DNA of 64,000 nt from an uncultured Verrucomicrobiae bacterium (GCA_963764165.1 CAVXRD010000001.1:1499070-1563069), one strand, 5' to 3'; shown: positions 1 to 12,341, counted from the first letter of the stretch. Numbers and translations: made by a program. Notes: generated by a model from the letters alone, not told the origin.

Positions 1-736
1 TCAATGTCGAGAATGCCGTCAGCGAAGCGATGTAAAATCCTGGCCAGCCATCCAGAAATCCGCGCCGCAAAAAATACGCGCGAACGAATCTCCACGCTGG
101 GCGAATGGTCAAATCCGTGATTCCGGCGCTCATTCCGTTTTCGCGCCGATGGCGGACGAAATCAGCGCTGTAGGAAGCGATCTTGGAAAGCTGCTGGTCG
201 ATGCTGTCGTTGCTGTAATGCAGCAATTCCGCCGACAGTGTTCCGATTGGGCCGGTGATTTGCAGGCTGGCGTGCGGCTCAACGCCAGACCATTGCGCCG
301 AGTTCTTCCGCCACAGCCGCACAACGTAATCGGGATACCAATCGCCGTGGCGAATCCAGCGGCCGCAATAAAATGTGCAGCGCGGAAATCGAAGCGCGCA
401 TTCGGACGGTTCCTTTCCGCCGGAAAAAAGCGCCGCGATTTCCTGGCGAAGCTGCGGCGAGACCACTTCATCGGCGTCCAACCCGAGGATCCACGGGCAA
501 TTTGCCTTTGCCGCCACGGAATTTTTTTGCCCCACAAATCCACGCCACGGCTCGCGAAAAACCTTCGCCCCAAAAGACGACGCCACCGCCTCCGTGCCGT
601 CGTTTACTTCCTGATTCAGGACGACGATTATTTCGCTCGCCCAGCCGGCCACGCTTTCCAAAGCGCGGCCGATCCTGTGCGCCTCGGCGCCGGAAACCAT
701 GCAGATGGAGATGGGAAGTTTGGCGCCTGTGGTCAC
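1..736 (-). CDS. glycosyltransferase family 2 (WaaE/KdtX-like), runs off left edge
   Basis: Manual translation from GTG 736: MTTGAKLPISICMVSGAEAHRIGRALESV..EIIVV..DGT..WRGFVGQKN..WILGLDADE (GT2 DxD motif). Not in the ORF track because it has no stop in the window. Confidence 0.85.
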   Translation of the reverse strand, partial: MTTGAKLPISICMVSGAEAHRIGRALESVAGWASEIIVVLNQEVNDGTEAVASSFGAKVFREPWRGFVGQKNSVAAKANCPWILGLDADEVVSPQLRQEIAALFSGGKEPSECALRFPRCTFYCGRWIRHGDWYPDYVVRLWRKNSAQWSGVEPHASLQITGPIGTLSAELLHYSNDSIDQQLSKIASYSADFVRHRRENGMSAGITDLTIRPAWRFVRAYFLRRGFLDGWPGFYIASLTAFSTL

Positions 737-1129
737 TTAAATTGAAACCCCATCCCTGATAGACCCCCCAAATCCAAAAACCCGCGCTTAAAAGCACAAA
801 GCGCGGTGACCGATGCTCGCGTGTATTGCAACCAATGACGCCGATCCTTGGAGAGGGTCGCAAAGTTCATTTCACCATATTACAACGTGCGCGACGAAAG
901 TCAGTCACAAATTCACGGCAAACGCCTTACCCGCACCGCACAACTCAACTTATGGCACACTCTGCCAGGGATGGAATTGGGATTGGGCTGCGACTTGAGG
1001 CGACGGGAAAATCTGGTCGCCGCAGAAGCGCCATAGGCGCTTCGGCTTCGGCGACAAGCCCGTGGGAAGATTTTGTCGCGCACGCCGCGTCCGCCCCCCT
1101 CGTAAATTTGGCATTGAAAAGGAAGCGGC

Positions 1130-2416
1130 GTGCGCGAAAATAGCCGGATGACGTTGACCGAAACCGAAGCGCCACCCACACCGATGCGTCCGATCCGGGG
1201 CGAGGCCGTTTCGCAAAGGCTGATGTCCCTCGACGCCCTGCGCGGCTTCGACATGTTCTGGATCATTGGCGCGGATGCCCTGGTCGGCGCGCTGCATCGG
1301 ATGATGACGGCCAGCGGGAAAAGCTCGGCGGTCCTCGGTTTCATCGCGGATCAACTCGAACATGTCGATTGGGCTGGTTTTCATTTCTACGATCTTATCT
1401 TTCCCCTGTTCGTTTTCATGGCGGGCATCTCCGTGGTGTTTTCTCTGAGCAAAACCATCAGGCAGGAAGGGCGGCCCGCGGCTGTCAAACGCATTTTTAC
1501 GCGTTTCATCCTGCTGTATCTCGTCGCCCTTTTTTACTCGGGCGGGTTCTCCGAGCCGTGGCCGCACTTGCGGTTGATGGGTGTGCTGAATCGCATCGCG
1601 CTCTGCTATCTTTTCGCGGGGCTGATTTTCTGCTTTTGCGGTCTCCGCACCATGATCGCCATCGCGGCAAGTTTGCTGGTGGTTTATTGGGCTTTGATGA
1701 CGTTCGTCCCGATCCGCAATATCCAACTGGCTCCCGAAGCTCTCGCGGCCAAGGCGCGCGAGCGCGGGGTCAAAGATGACGCAAAGGAGCTTTTCTACGG
1801 CACAACGGATCGAGTGACCGGCCATTACGAGCCCGGATTCAATCTGGCCAACCACATCGATTTCGAATATCTGCCCGGCCGCCTTTGGGACACCTACTAC
1901 GATCCCGAGGGTATTCTCAGCACGATGCCCGCCATCGTGACGTGCCTGCTCGGCGTTTTTGCCGGATTGCTGATTTTGAACACGTCATTGAACGATCACC
2001 AGAAGGTTGTTTATTTGATAGGGGCCGGAATGATTTTGGCAACCGCCGGATGGGTATGGGGGCTGCAATTTCCTGTCGTCAAGAAAATCTGGAGTTCGTC
2101 GTTCGTGCTGGTCGCAGGCGGTTACAGCGCGCTGCTGCTGGCCGTATTTTACTGGGTCATCGACATCGCGCAATGGCGCTGGTGGTGCCAGCCGTTTGTC
2201 TGGATGGGAATGAACTCTCTCACGATTTACCTGACGAAGAATATTCTTGGTGGTTTTGCAAAAATCAGCGGACGTTTTGTGGGCGGCGACATCCACGAAT
2301 ATTTTGAAGGCCACGCCACCGGCAGCGGCGATTTGATGATTTCCATCGTGGGATTGCTGCTGGCGTTCTGGTTCGTCCACCTGCTCTACCGCAAGAAAGT
2401 TTTCCTGCGCCTGTAG
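1130..2416 (+). CDS. DUF5009 / heparan-alpha-glucosaminide N-acetyltransferase-like membrane protein
   Basis: RLMSLDALRGFDMFWI, FYDLIFPLFVFMAG, GVLNRIALCY, DPEGILST, KKIWSSSFVL motifs; multiple TM segments. Confidence 0.85.
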   Translation: MRENSRMTLTETEAPPTPMRPIRGEAVSQRLMSLDALRGFDMFWIIGADALVGALHRMMTASGKSSAVLGFIADQLEHVDWAGFHFYDLIFPLFVFMAGISVVFSLSKTIRQEGRPAAVKRIFTRFILLYLVALFYSGGFSEPWPHLRLMGVLNRIALCYLFAGLIFCFCGLRTMIAIAASLLVVYWALMTFVPIRNIQLAPEALAAKARERGVKDDAKELFYGTTDRVTGHYEPGFNLANHIDFEYLPGRLWDTYYDPEGILSTMPAIVTCLLGVFAGLLILNTSLNDHQKVVYLIGAGMILATAGWVWGLQFPVVKKIWSSSFVLVAGGYSALLLAVFYWVIDIAQWRWWCQPFVWMGMNSLTIYLTKNILGGFAKISGRFVGGDIHEYFEGHATGSGDLMISIVGLLLAFWFVHLLYRKKVFLRL

Positions 2417-2422
2417 CCGCTT

Positions 2423-2851
2423 TTGAATCTCATCGCAAAGCTCAAATCGTGTTTCGCGGCCAAGCAGGAAGCCGTGTCCTTTAGGCACGGGAAGCTCGGA
2501 GAATCGGCGGCGAAAAAGCTGCTGCAAAAGCGGGGTTTAAAATTTCTCACCGCCAATTTTGGAACAGAGCGCGGCGAAATCGACCTGATCTTTCGTGACG
2601 GCGACTGCCTTGTGTTCGCCGAAGTGAAGGCCCGGAAGAAAGGCGGATGGACGCGCCCGTCGGCGGCGGTCAACGCCGGGAAGCGGATGCGGCTGACGCG
2701 CTGCGCATTCGACTATCTGCGGCTCCTGAAAAATCCACCCGTCAAAATCCGCTTCGATATCGTGGAAGTCCTGCTGGAAGACGGGGTGGTGCTTGAGGTG
2801 CGGCATTTGCCCAACACCTTCACTTTGTCCGCGCCGTTTCGCTACGGGTGA
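2423..2851 (+). CDS. yraN: YraN family (UPF0102) endonuclease-like protein
   Basis: GKLGESAA..GEIDLI..LVFAEVKAR..RFDIVEV. Confidence 0.9.
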   Translation: MNLIAKLKSCFAAKQEAVSFRHGKLGESAAKKLLQKRGLKFLTANFGTERGEIDLIFRDGDCLVFAEVKARKKGGWTRPSAAVNAGKRMRLTRCAFDYLRLLKNPPVKIRFDIVEVLLEDGVVLEVRHLPNTFTLSAPFRYG

Positions 2852-2854
2852 TCC

Positions 2855-3427
2855 TTAAATCATCAAATAATTCGCCGCCATCGCCGAATGCGGGCTGGAC
2901 GAGCGGGCGGCTTCGATCCATTTCGTCCGCGTCGGCTCAAGCTGCTGCACGAGAATTCCCGAGAGCCGGCGGAAAAGTTCATAGCCGAAATCGTGGTTCC
3001 TGTTGCAAGCCTGCAAAAGGCGGCTGCCGTAAAAGAAAAGCGTTTCCGTGTGCTCCTCCGCTATGGCGTTGAAGTGCCAGCAGTATGGAGGAAACAGCCA
3101 GGACCAGCCCAAGACATCGCCGGGCCCGAGCCTCTGGACGCGCGCCGCGTCCTTTGCGTGCGGCGTTTCCAGCGCCACCCTCCCGTTGACGAGGAGATGC
3201 ATGCAATTTGCAGGTTGATCCGCCTCGATCAGCAGATCGCCCGGCTCAAATGTGGCTCTCATCGAGCAGGCGGCAAAAATGCCGCGGTCGCGTTCGCTCA
3301 TGCCTTCAAAAAGGGGATGCGCGGGCAATGTATCGGCGAGGACGGCCGGTTGTGCGGAGGGCGTGCCAAGAGTTTCAGTCATCTTTCTAATCCTTACGAA
3401 ATGCGAATGTAGCGGGAATGATGCCAA
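2855..3427 (-). CDS. cyclic nucleotide-binding (Crp-like) domain protein
   Basis: HPLFEGM..FEPGDLL..GRVALE..LGPGDVLGWSWLFPPY. Confidence 0.8.
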   Translation of the reverse strand: MASFPLHSHFVRIRKMTETLGTPSAQPAVLADTLPAHPLFEGMSERDRGIFAACSMRATFEPGDLLIEADQPANCMHLLVNGRVALETPHAKDAARVQRLGPGDVLGWSWLFPPYCWHFNAIAEEHTETLFFYGSRLLQACNRNHDFGYELFRRLSGILVQQLEPTRTKWIEAARSSSPHSAMAANYLMI

Positions 3428-3637
3428 CTGCGCCGATGCGAGACGTCATCACCTCATGGCGTCGAACAGGCTGGCGGAGCCATTGAATGCGCATGAGTGC
3501 GAAAACGCCGCTTAATCCGCTACGCCGTTGATTATCAATGAGATAAACCCACCATCAACCGGCGAAATCCTCCTACGGCAAAAATTGTCCAGTTTTTACC
3601 AAGGTTAGGAGAGTCAGACAGCCGATATGCCAATAGG

Positions 3638-3964
3638 TTGATGGTGCTTCGACAAACTGTGATCGAGGCGATGAAAGACAAAGACAACATGAGCAGGTGG
3701 AAAAACATAATTTTGACTTTCACGCTGACAATCTTCAGCGCCAGCCGGATGGCGTCGCCGACGCAATCCGGGCTGTGGATGGGAGTGACTTTGTTGGGTC
3801 TGTTCCTAGTGGCCCAACTTTTAGCAGGGATTCCCGAAACTGCTGGGAGAGCAGTTCGGTGCAGCGGCACTGCCCCTGAACGAACCGATCCGGACCGCGG
3901 TGCCGTCAAAGTATTCTCTGAGGTGGCTACACATCCAGTCCCCGCCATAGCTCGATCCCACTGA
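3638..3964 (+). CDS. small hypothetical membrane protein
   Basis: ORF with two hydrophobic stretches; no family recognised. Confidence 0.3.
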   Translation: MMVLRQTVIEAMKDKDNMSRWKNIILTFTLTIFSASRMASPTQSGLWMGVTLLGLFLVAQLLAGIPETAGRAVRCSGTAPERTDPDRGAVKVFSEVATHPVPAIARSH

Positions 3965-4199
3965 GCTTAACTGGAAAAGACAACGACACAGGGCGCGCCC
4001 CACAGCGCGCCCTGCGATTGTACCGGGGAGCCTCCAAAATTAAACAGGGAGGAAAACCGAGAGAACAGAGAAAAAGACCCTTTTTGACCAATGATGACTT
4101 TTTCATCTCCGTTCCCTCGGTCTTGCTCTCGTGAAAATAGCTTTTCATCATGGGTGGTGAAGGCAGTCCATGAAAACTCCTGTTCAAACTTTCTTCTTA

Positions 4200-4400
4200 G
4201 AGCGTGTTTTGAAAATAGCTTGGGTCAGGGATTGCGAGCGCGGCGGGGCGGATGGCGAGGCAGCCCGCAGAGCGGGCAGCTATTAATTTGTTCTGACTCG
4301 ACGAAGGAGAATATCCCTCGTGGATCTTCGACTGAGGAGCAACGAAGCCAGCCGCCCCGCCCCGCCGCAAAACCGCCCAAGCTATTTTCAAAACACGCTC
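4200..4400. mobile_element. MITE (IS5/IS1031-like ends), 201 bp
   Basis: Terminal inverted repeats GAGCGTGTTTTGAAAATAGCTTGGG ... CCCAAGCTATTTTCAAAACACGCTC, flanked by TTA at 4197-4199 and 4401-4403; no transposase. Confidence 0.85.
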
Positions 4401-5369
4401 TTAGCTCTTTTTGACTCTCCAGGCGCGGTCGAGAATGTCCTGATTATAAAATTCCGGCACGACTCCCTCGGCGGCGTAAACATACAACGCGCAGCGATAA
4501 ACATGGCTGGCCACGCCCGAGACGTAGGCGAGCATCAGCACGGAAATTAGCCAAATACCGGCGCCCGCCAGTGGAATCCATATATTGCGGAAGACCACAC
4601 CCAAGGCGACTGAAATAAGCAGTGGCACAAGGGAGAGGAGGAATAAAACCATATTGCCGGCCGAAAAACCCATGTAGCCAATCAATCCTTCACCCCACGC
4701 CTTTTTCAGCGTCATCGCGGATTGCTTGAGAATGGTTATGGGGTTGAGCATGGGTTGCTCCTGGATGATCACCGGAATGACAAATACCGACGCCACGCTC
4801 CACGCCATGCCAATGAGTCCGGTCACGATTCGACCAACAAGTGGCAGCCGTTCTTGAATTTTGTGGATGAGCCACCCGACAAGACCGGCCAGCAACGACC
4901 ACACAAGCACCGATTTCCACCGGCTTTGGGCGACGGCGAATCCGCGGGAAATTGAAACTCCTTGTCCCTTGAGGGCACTGATGATTTCGCTGTAAAAAGC
5001 GACGTTAAAGAACGTCGCCAAAAACATCGACAAGAAATAGAGAGCGGCCATCTCGGCGGGAAGGGCGGGAGAAAGGTGAGCGACCTGCAACTGCTGATTG
5101 GATGGCGAATCGCCTCCGTGGCTGACGATTGCTTGCGCGAAATTGGGAAAATAATAATCCCTCAACGCAATCCAATGCCGGGCCTGGTTTAGATGGTAGC
5201 CCGTGTTGTGGAGAATCATCGGCGACACGATCCCCAGCAGAAAAAACGCCCCTATGGCGGCAGTCATGACTGCCGTGAGCGCCGGAAAAAGGAGCAATTT
5301 GCGGTGGCGCAGCGTTACCGTGATGGAAGCCTTGAATAACTGCCAGCTATGTTGGAATTTTTCAATCAT
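4401..5369 (-). CDS. DUF6159-like multi-pass membrane protein
   Basis: SWQLFKAS..KLLLFP..FFNVA..WSLLAGLVG..AWSVASVFVIPVI..KKAWGE..YRCALYVYA. Confidence 0.7.
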   Translation of the reverse strand: MIEKFQHSWQLFKASITVTLRHRKLLLFPALTAVMTAAIGAFFLLGIVSPMILHNTGYHLNQARHWIALRDYYFPNFAQAIVSHGGDSPSNQQLQVAHLSPALPAEMAALYFLSMFLATFFNVAFYSEIISALKGQGVSISRGFAVAQSRWKSVLVWSLLAGLVGWLIHKIQERLPLVGRIVTGLIGMAWSVASVFVIPVIIQEQPMLNPITILKQSAMTLKKAWGEGLIGYMGFSAGNMVLFLLSLVPLLISVALGVVFRNIWIPLAGAGIWLISVLMLAYVSGVASHVYRCALYVYAAEGVVPEFYNQDILDRAWRVKKS

Positions 5370-5581
5370 GCAACGGCGCCTTTCTATTGGTTCTTTAAAA
5401 ACTAAGGCTCTAGGAAAAGGGCGGCAGTTGTCAAGTGCTTTTTGGGTTCAGAAAATCAATTATTAACGCGGGTCAAAAATGGCTCCAAGAAAGAGAATTA
5501 AACCATTTCGATTCTCGCGAATGGCAACGAGAAACGGGCGATCCGCTATAAATGTGAACGGTCTTGGCTCGGCGTGCCTTC

Positions 5582-7039
<1,458 letters not shown>

Positions 7040-7072
7040 ATCTCAGGGGCAGGATAACAGCCGGAAAGCCGT

Positions 7073-8179
7073 TCACTCAATCTCGTTTGCGCCGGCGTCC
7101 TGGCCGGTGACTTCGGTGAGATGATCCTTCTGCCGCGACGCCATGTAAACCAACCCGCCGGCAAGGCTCCAGAAGAGGCCTTGCGCCGATGCGATCAGCG
7201 AGACGGACAGCGCGCCCGGCTTGGCCGCCCCAATGGCGAAGAGCATGATTACGTATAGATTCTCCCGCACGCCAAGCCCGTTTGGAGTGATCGGAAGCGC
7301 CGAGATGCAAAATATGACCGGCACGATCACAAACACCGGCAGCCACGGAATGTTCAGCCCAAGCCCTGATGCCAGCATGAGGATCTGAATGACGAACATC
7401 AGATTCGTCAATAATGAAATCGCCACCGTTTTGAAGAGAAAGTGTTTCTGCGTTCCGAAATTCCGGCACGAATCCACCGCCCGTTCCAGCAACTCCCCTT
7501 TCGGGGCTTTGCGCAACAGCATCCGGGCGCGCGGAAATCGTTTCGTGACCCCGCCCCAAAAGGCCAGCCAGAGCAGCACGCTGACGCCGCCCAGCATCGC
7601 AAGAATGAAGAGGGACGGGACGCCGATGTCACGGCTCGTCAATAATAGTTTATAATTCGGGATCATCATGATCCCGGCAAACAGCAGCATCGCCCATAAC
7701 CCCACGATGCGGTCCACGAAGACCGTCGTGACCGCCTCGGTTTTTTTGTGGTGCGTCTCGCGGGCGGCGTAATAGGCCTTGATCAAATCGCCGCCGGTGG
7801 ATCCCAGCAGGAAGGAATTGAAGAATTGCGCGACGAAGGAAATCCGGGTCGCCCGGCCCAGAGGCAAATGCAAACCCTGGGCTTCGAGCACGATTCGCCA
7901 TCGCAATACGCAGAGAAAAATCGCGCCTCCGGCCAGCAGAAGAGAACCGAGCAGTGTTCCCGTGTGGACCAGGCGGAGCATTTGCCACAATTCCTCCGGT
8001 CCCAGCGTCCATGCCATTTTCCATTGCGCATGCCTGTCCAGGTGATCCCAATCGGCGCCGCTGCTTTGAGCCGCCATCTTCGCCTGGCTCATGAAGATGG
8101 AATGAAAAATCCAGAGGAGAAGCAGCAGGCAAAATGCGACCCTCCATCCCACGCTCCAGCACTTCTTCAGCCTGCTCAT
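7073..8179 (-). CDS. lysylphosphatidylglycerol synthase TM / flippase-like (UPF0104) protein
   Basis: RWRIVL, FFNSFLLGSTGGDLIK, VFVDRIVGL, LPITPNGLGVRE. Confidence 0.85.
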   Translation of the reverse strand: MSRLKKCWSVGWRVAFCLLLLLWIFHSIFMSQAKMAAQSSGADWDHLDRHAQWKMAWTLGPEELWQMLRLVHTGTLLGSLLLAGGAIFLCVLRWRIVLEAQGLHLPLGRATRISFVAQFFNSFLLGSTGGDLIKAYYAARETHHKKTEAVTTVFVDRIVGLWAMLLFAGIMMIPNYKLLLTSRDIGVPSLFILAMLGGVSVLLWLAFWGGVTKRFPRARMLLRKAPKGELLERAVDSCRNFGTQKHFLFKTVAISLLTNLMFVIQILMLASGLGLNIPWLPVFVIVPVIFCISALPITPNGLGVRENLYVIMLFAIGAAKPGALSVSLIASAQGLFWSLAGGLVYMASRQKDHLTEVTGQDAGANEIE

Positions 8180-9090
8180 TCCGAACCCCAGAGCCCTTTG
8201 ATGAACGCCACTCCTTTTGTAACGTCTTCTGGTGACAAACGCGGACTCAGCTCAAAAACTTTGATGTGCTCCGGCTTCACCATTGGCTGCAATGCCTTGT
8301 AATCAATGCACCCGCTTCCGGGCGCAGCGTGGTCGCGCCCGGGAAAAACGACATCGTGAATGTGCATCCCGATCATCCGCGGAGCCATCGATTGCAAATG
8401 CAGTCGATGATCAATGAAACCCAAATTCTGCTTGATCTGCGCATGGCCGCAATCGTGCCAGTAACCGACCGACGGGCGGTTGAACTCCATCAGCAAAAGC
8501 TCCATGTCGGTGTCGAGGGGAATTTCCTCCAGCGCCTCGCGGTTTTCCACTCCGAGCTTCAATCCATGCTTGGCCGCTTCGGTGGAAAGGCGGTTTAGCA
8601 TATCGGTGGATTGCGCGACGTATTTTTCCTTTTTGGCTTCGCGCTTCTCAATGACTTCTTCGCACAAAGACTGGTATTTGGGAGTCTCCTTTTTGCCCTT
8701 TTCCACCAGTTCGATGAGCCGGTCTGTGTAATCCTTCATGTCGATGGAGCCAAGGTGAAGAACAACGGCAGGCGCTTTGAGGCGCGCGGCTGTTTCCAGC
8801 GTCTTGATCGAATGCCGCCACGCATTTTCGCGCTCGCGCTGGTCTTGCGAGGAGAATTGGTAGATGTTCGGGGCGGCGTGATTGATGCCCATCGGAAGAG
8901 GGCAGAAATTGTGAAGCGAGGAAATCTTCATTTCGCCCGCCTCGACCGCTTCGACGATGCCGGGGAGAAGACTGATGCGGATGCCGTGGCTGAGCTCCGC
9001 GTATTCAAAACCAAAAGTGCGGAGTTCGCGCAGCATGGCGCGTCCGTCCGTGTGCCGATGGGAGTTCCAGCACGTCGAGATTGAATACAT
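8176..9090 (-). CDS. sugar phosphate isomerase/epimerase (xylose isomerase-like TIM barrel)
   Basis: SSLHNFCP, VVLHLG, LGVEN, WHDCGH, MHIHD. Confidence 0.8.
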   Translation of the reverse strand: MYSISTCWNSHRHTDGRAMLRELRTFGFEYAELSHGIRISLLPGIVEAVEAGEMKISSLHNFCPLPMGINHAAPNIYQFSSQDQRERENAWRHSIKTLETAARLKAPAVVLHLGSIDMKDYTDRLIELVEKGKKETPKYQSLCEEVIEKREAKKEKYVAQSTDMLNRLSTEAAKHGLKLGVENREALEEIPLDTDMELLLMEFNRPSVGYWHDCGHAQIKQNLGFIDHRLHLQSMAPRMIGMHIHDVVFPGRDHAAPGSGCIDYKALQPMVKPEHIKVFELSPRLSPEDVTKGVAFIKGLWGSE

Positions 9091-9143
9091 GGTATGAAAC
9101 CGGGCCCGGCAGGAGGCCGGACCCGGCGGGAAGTGACAAGAGA

Positions 9144-9341
9144 TTACATGTCGGCGTAACGCGCGCTCAACATGGCCGAGAAACGGGCCGCCTTCATTTT
9201 ACGGCGGCGACGTTCGCTGGGCTTTTCAAAATGCCGGTGATTGCGGACTTCTTTAAGAGTGCCTTCGCGGTCAATCTTCTTCTTCAAGCGCCGAAGCGCC
9301 TTGTCCACTGGTTCGCCTTTTTTCAGTCGTATTTCGGTCAA
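9144..9341 (-). CDS. rpsU: 30S ribosomal protein S21
   Basis: [24 protein letters not shown]. Confidence 0.95.
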   Translation of the reverse strand: MTEIRLKKGEPVDKALRRLKKKIDREGTLKEVRNHRHFEKPSERRRRKMKAARFSAMLSARYADM

Positions 9342-9441
9342 AAAAACTCACTTCCTCTCTAGTTATCGCGGGCCCGCCATGGGCGCGCGTTAAATGGCCG
9401 ATCAAATTGCCGTGTCCCGCCCCGCATGTCAACGCCCAATA

Positions 9442-12306
9442 TTACGGTGTTGAAAGTCGGTAGAATCGGCTGGCGCTGCCGTTTTGCAACGAGTCGCTGA
9501 AGTAGGCGGAACCGTTCGTGAGGGAGAGCGACTGCAACGGAGCCCACGCCGCAGTCGTGAGGTTTGAGCACGCTTCGACCACGACCGGAATATTTGCCCC
9601 GGCAGTGATGTTGAAACCGAATTGGCCGTTCGAAATTCCAAAGCTGCTGTCCATTGCGATGACCGGATTCCAAGCAACGGCGGGAACATCGGCTTCAGTG
9701 GAGAAATTGGTCCAACCGCTGGCTTCCGGAAGATAATAGACCGTCAGATTCAAACAACTGTAGAACACGGAGCCGTCAGCGGACGGCGCGTTTCCTGGGA
9801 AAAAGAGATTTGTCAGGTTCATGGCGCCAGCGAATGCGTCATCTGCCACGTTTGTGACGCTCGCAGGAACGGTGTAGCTGCCCGGCCAACCGCCGGGAAA
9901 TTGGATGAGCGTGTCGAAATTCTTGTCGAACATCACTCCATTCGAACTGGCGTAAAACAAATTGCTGGGATCAACCGTGATCGAAGTGAGGTTAGCACAG
10001 TCCGCGAATGCTCCTGCTCCGATGTTCGTGACGCTGTCGGGAATGAAAACATTGGTCAACGCGGAATCATAGAATGCTTCCGCGCCTATCGTCGTGACGC
10101 TCTCGGGAATCGCAACAGCAGTCAGGCGCACATCATCCACAAACGCGCTCGCCCCAATATTGGTCACCGTCGGCGGAATAGTTATGCCGTAGAGGGACGG
10201 GCAAAACCCGAATGCGTTTGAATCAATGCTCGTGACCGAAGTTGGAATGGCATAAGTCCCGGCTCGGTAGCCAGGATATTGGATCAACGCCGTTTGCAGT
10301 TTGTCAAAAAGAATGCCGTTTGAAGCGCTGAAATACAAATTGGAAGAATCGACGGTGAATGAACGAAGCTCTGGCAACCCACTGAAGGCTCCCGCCAAAT
10401 TCGTCACGCTGGCAGGAATAAATACATTCGTGACATTGGCTTCAGAGAATGCACCGCTTCCGATGTTCACCACGCCGTTGCCGATATTAATATTGGTCAG
10501 CCGAAAGTCGCCGGCAAACGCATGCTCGCCAATGCTCACCACAGTCCCGGGAATTGTGATGTTGGACAGAGCATAACATTCCGAGAACGCATCCATGCCG
10601 ATATTCGTGACGGAGGCTGGAATGACAACCGTTTTCAAACTTGTCAAATACTCGAATTCTAATGGAGCGATGAACGGCGACCCTGGAGCGACAGAAAGTT
10701 GCGCAAGGTTTGTAAGAGGGGAAAGATAATTATCCAATGCCATCACACTTCCCGGAGCGGTAAGATTTGTAAGCTTGTAGCAACCGCTGAAGACGTCGAA
10801 GCTAAGATTGGTGACGCTGGCCGGAAGATACGCGCTTATCAGCCCCGTGCAGCTTCTAAATGCCCCATTCCCAACTGTTGTCACGCTTTGCGGCAGCGAA
10901 ATATTCGTTATTCCAGTGCAATTGTAAAATGCGCTTGCCCCAATGTTTGTCATGCTCCCCGGAATGGTCACACTTGTGACAAAGCTCTTGGGAGAAATCG
11001 CCTCTGGAGCGAGTGACTCGACGAGCAATCCGTTTTCAAAAGCAGGAATGACAACCGCGCTATTGGTTCCGTTATAGCTCTGGATTGTGCAGGTGCCCGT
11101 GCCGCTCTGGACGTAAGAAAACTGCGAGGGAGGGGTGACAGATTCCGCCGGGATCCCTCCAAGGGTTGAATTCCATGCGCTTCCAGAACTTGGAATGTAA
11201 AACGCCACCGCGTTTCCCGCCGCGGCAAAGGCAGACGCGCTGACGATTGGGGAAGCGCCCTCGAAATACAGCGCGGTCAAATTCGAATCACCCGTGAAGG
11301 CGTAATCCTGTATGCTGGAAATGCTCGCCTCGATAAAAATTCCATCCAGGTTCGTCAGCCCCTCGAACGCATCCTCCGCAATCGTTGCGACCGCAATACC
11401 GTTGATGGAAGCCGGAATGGTAATATAATTATTGGTATTGACACAACCGATAATCGAAATAGTTGAGCTGTTGGTCAGGTAGTAAAATCCGTTCAGCGAG
11501 CCAGCCGCGATTGTATTCACACCTGCAAGCGTCGAACCCCAGCCCGTCGTGTCGGGCAAATATACAATGGTTGTATTGTAACTGCCCGCAAACGCGGAGG
11601 GATCAACGCTCGGGGCGTTCCCAAGAAAGACAGCTTGCAGCAAATGCAGGCAGGATTGAAAAGCGCTCGCTCCAACAGTTTCCACGGAAGGCGGAATGGT
11701 TATTCCAGTCAAGGCCCCGCATGCGTAGAATGCATTGCTCCCGATATTGGTCACGCTGTTGGGGATGCTAATCGCAGTCAGAATCGCGCAATTTGAAAAC
11801 AAGGCCGGAGCCACGGTCTGGGAGCCGCTTAGGATGGCAGCATTGGTCAACCGAATGCACGGCGAAAAAACGGTGGCGAAATTCGAGAAGGTTCCTGAGA
11901 CAGTCACAAACGACAACTTGCTGCATTGGCCAAACGCGTTTGCGCCGAAGGTGATGTTGGTGCCGAGCACGCTAAGATTCGACAAGCCAGCGCACCCGAA
12001 GAAAGCGTCCGGCCCTGCATTCGTCACGCTGGCAGGAATCGTGACATTTCCAAGGTTGGTGTTGTTCTGGAACGCGGCTTGATAAATCACCGTCACGGGC
12101 TTGCCGTTGGTGGACGACGGAATAGTTACGATCCCATTTGTTCCCGTGTAGCCGGTGATTGTGATCGCGCCATTGTTCGTGACGAAAGTGAATTGGGCCA
12201 TCACTTGCGGCGATGCGAGAATCCACAACGAAAGCAAGAACGCGAAGCGCAACACTCTCAAAGGCCATGCGCCCATTTTCCGGTGATGAAGAGAATTATG
12301 CCTCAC
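9442..12306 (-). CDS. BspA-like leucine-rich-repeat surface protein
   Basis: Signal peptide, many xIPxSVTNIGxxAFxxCxxL repeats, C-terminal FGFNIT..VVVEACSNL..W..RFYRL domain. Confidence 0.9.
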   Translation of the reverse strand: MRHNSLHHRKMGAWPLRVLRFAFLLSLWILASPQVMAQFTFVTNNGAITITGYTGTNGIVTIPSSTNGKPVTVIYQAAFQNNTNLGNVTIPASVTNAGPDAFFGCAGLSNLSVLGTNITFGANAFGQCSKLSFVTVSGTFSNFATVFSPCIRLTNAAILSGSQTVAPALFSNCAILTAISIPNSVTNIGSNAFYACGALTGITIPPSVETVGASAFQSCLHLLQAVFLGNAPSVDPSAFAGSYNTTIVYLPDTTGWGSTLAGVNTIAAGSLNGFYYLTNSSTISIIGCVNTNNYITIPASINGIAVATIAEDAFEGLTNLDGIFIEASISSIQDYAFTGDSNLTALYFEGASPIVSASAFAAAGNAVAFYIPSSGSAWNSTLGGIPAESVTPPSQFSYVQSGTGTCTIQSYNGTNSAVVIPAFENGLLVESLAPEAISPKSFVTSVTIPGSMTNIGASAFYNCTGITNISLPQSVTTVGNGAFRSCTGLISAYLPASVTNLSFDVFSGCYKLTNLTAPGSVMALDNYLSPLTNLAQLSVAPGSPFIAPLEFEYLTSLKTVVIPASVTNIGMDAFSECYALSNITIPGTVVSIGEHAFAGDFRLTNINIGNGVVNIGSGAFSEANVTNVFIPASVTNLAGAFSGLPELRSFTVDSSNLYFSASNGILFDKLQTALIQYPGYRAGTYAIPTSVTSIDSNAFGFCPSLYGITIPPTVTNIGASAFVDDVRLTAVAIPESVTTIGAEAFYDSALTNVFIPDSVTNIGAGAFADCANLTSITVDPSNLFYASSNGVMFDKNFDTLIQFPGGWPGSYTVPASVTNVADDAFAGAMNLTNLFFPGNAPSADGSVFYSCLNLTVYYLPEASGWTNFSTEADVPAVAWNPVIAMDSSFGISNGQFGFNITAGANIPVVVEACSNLTTAAWAPLQSLSLTNGSAYFSDSLQNGSASRFYRLSTP

Positions 12307-12341
12307 GCGTCTTAATTACCTCGTTCCCTTCGTGCAGAAAG

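Noticed and set aside
149-745. Plus-strand 198-aa ORF and many similar overlapping ORFs (e.g. 950-1855, 6191-6928, 39282-40166)
   Set aside because: They are antisense shadows of well-supported genes in GC-rich DNA and carry no recognisable motifs.
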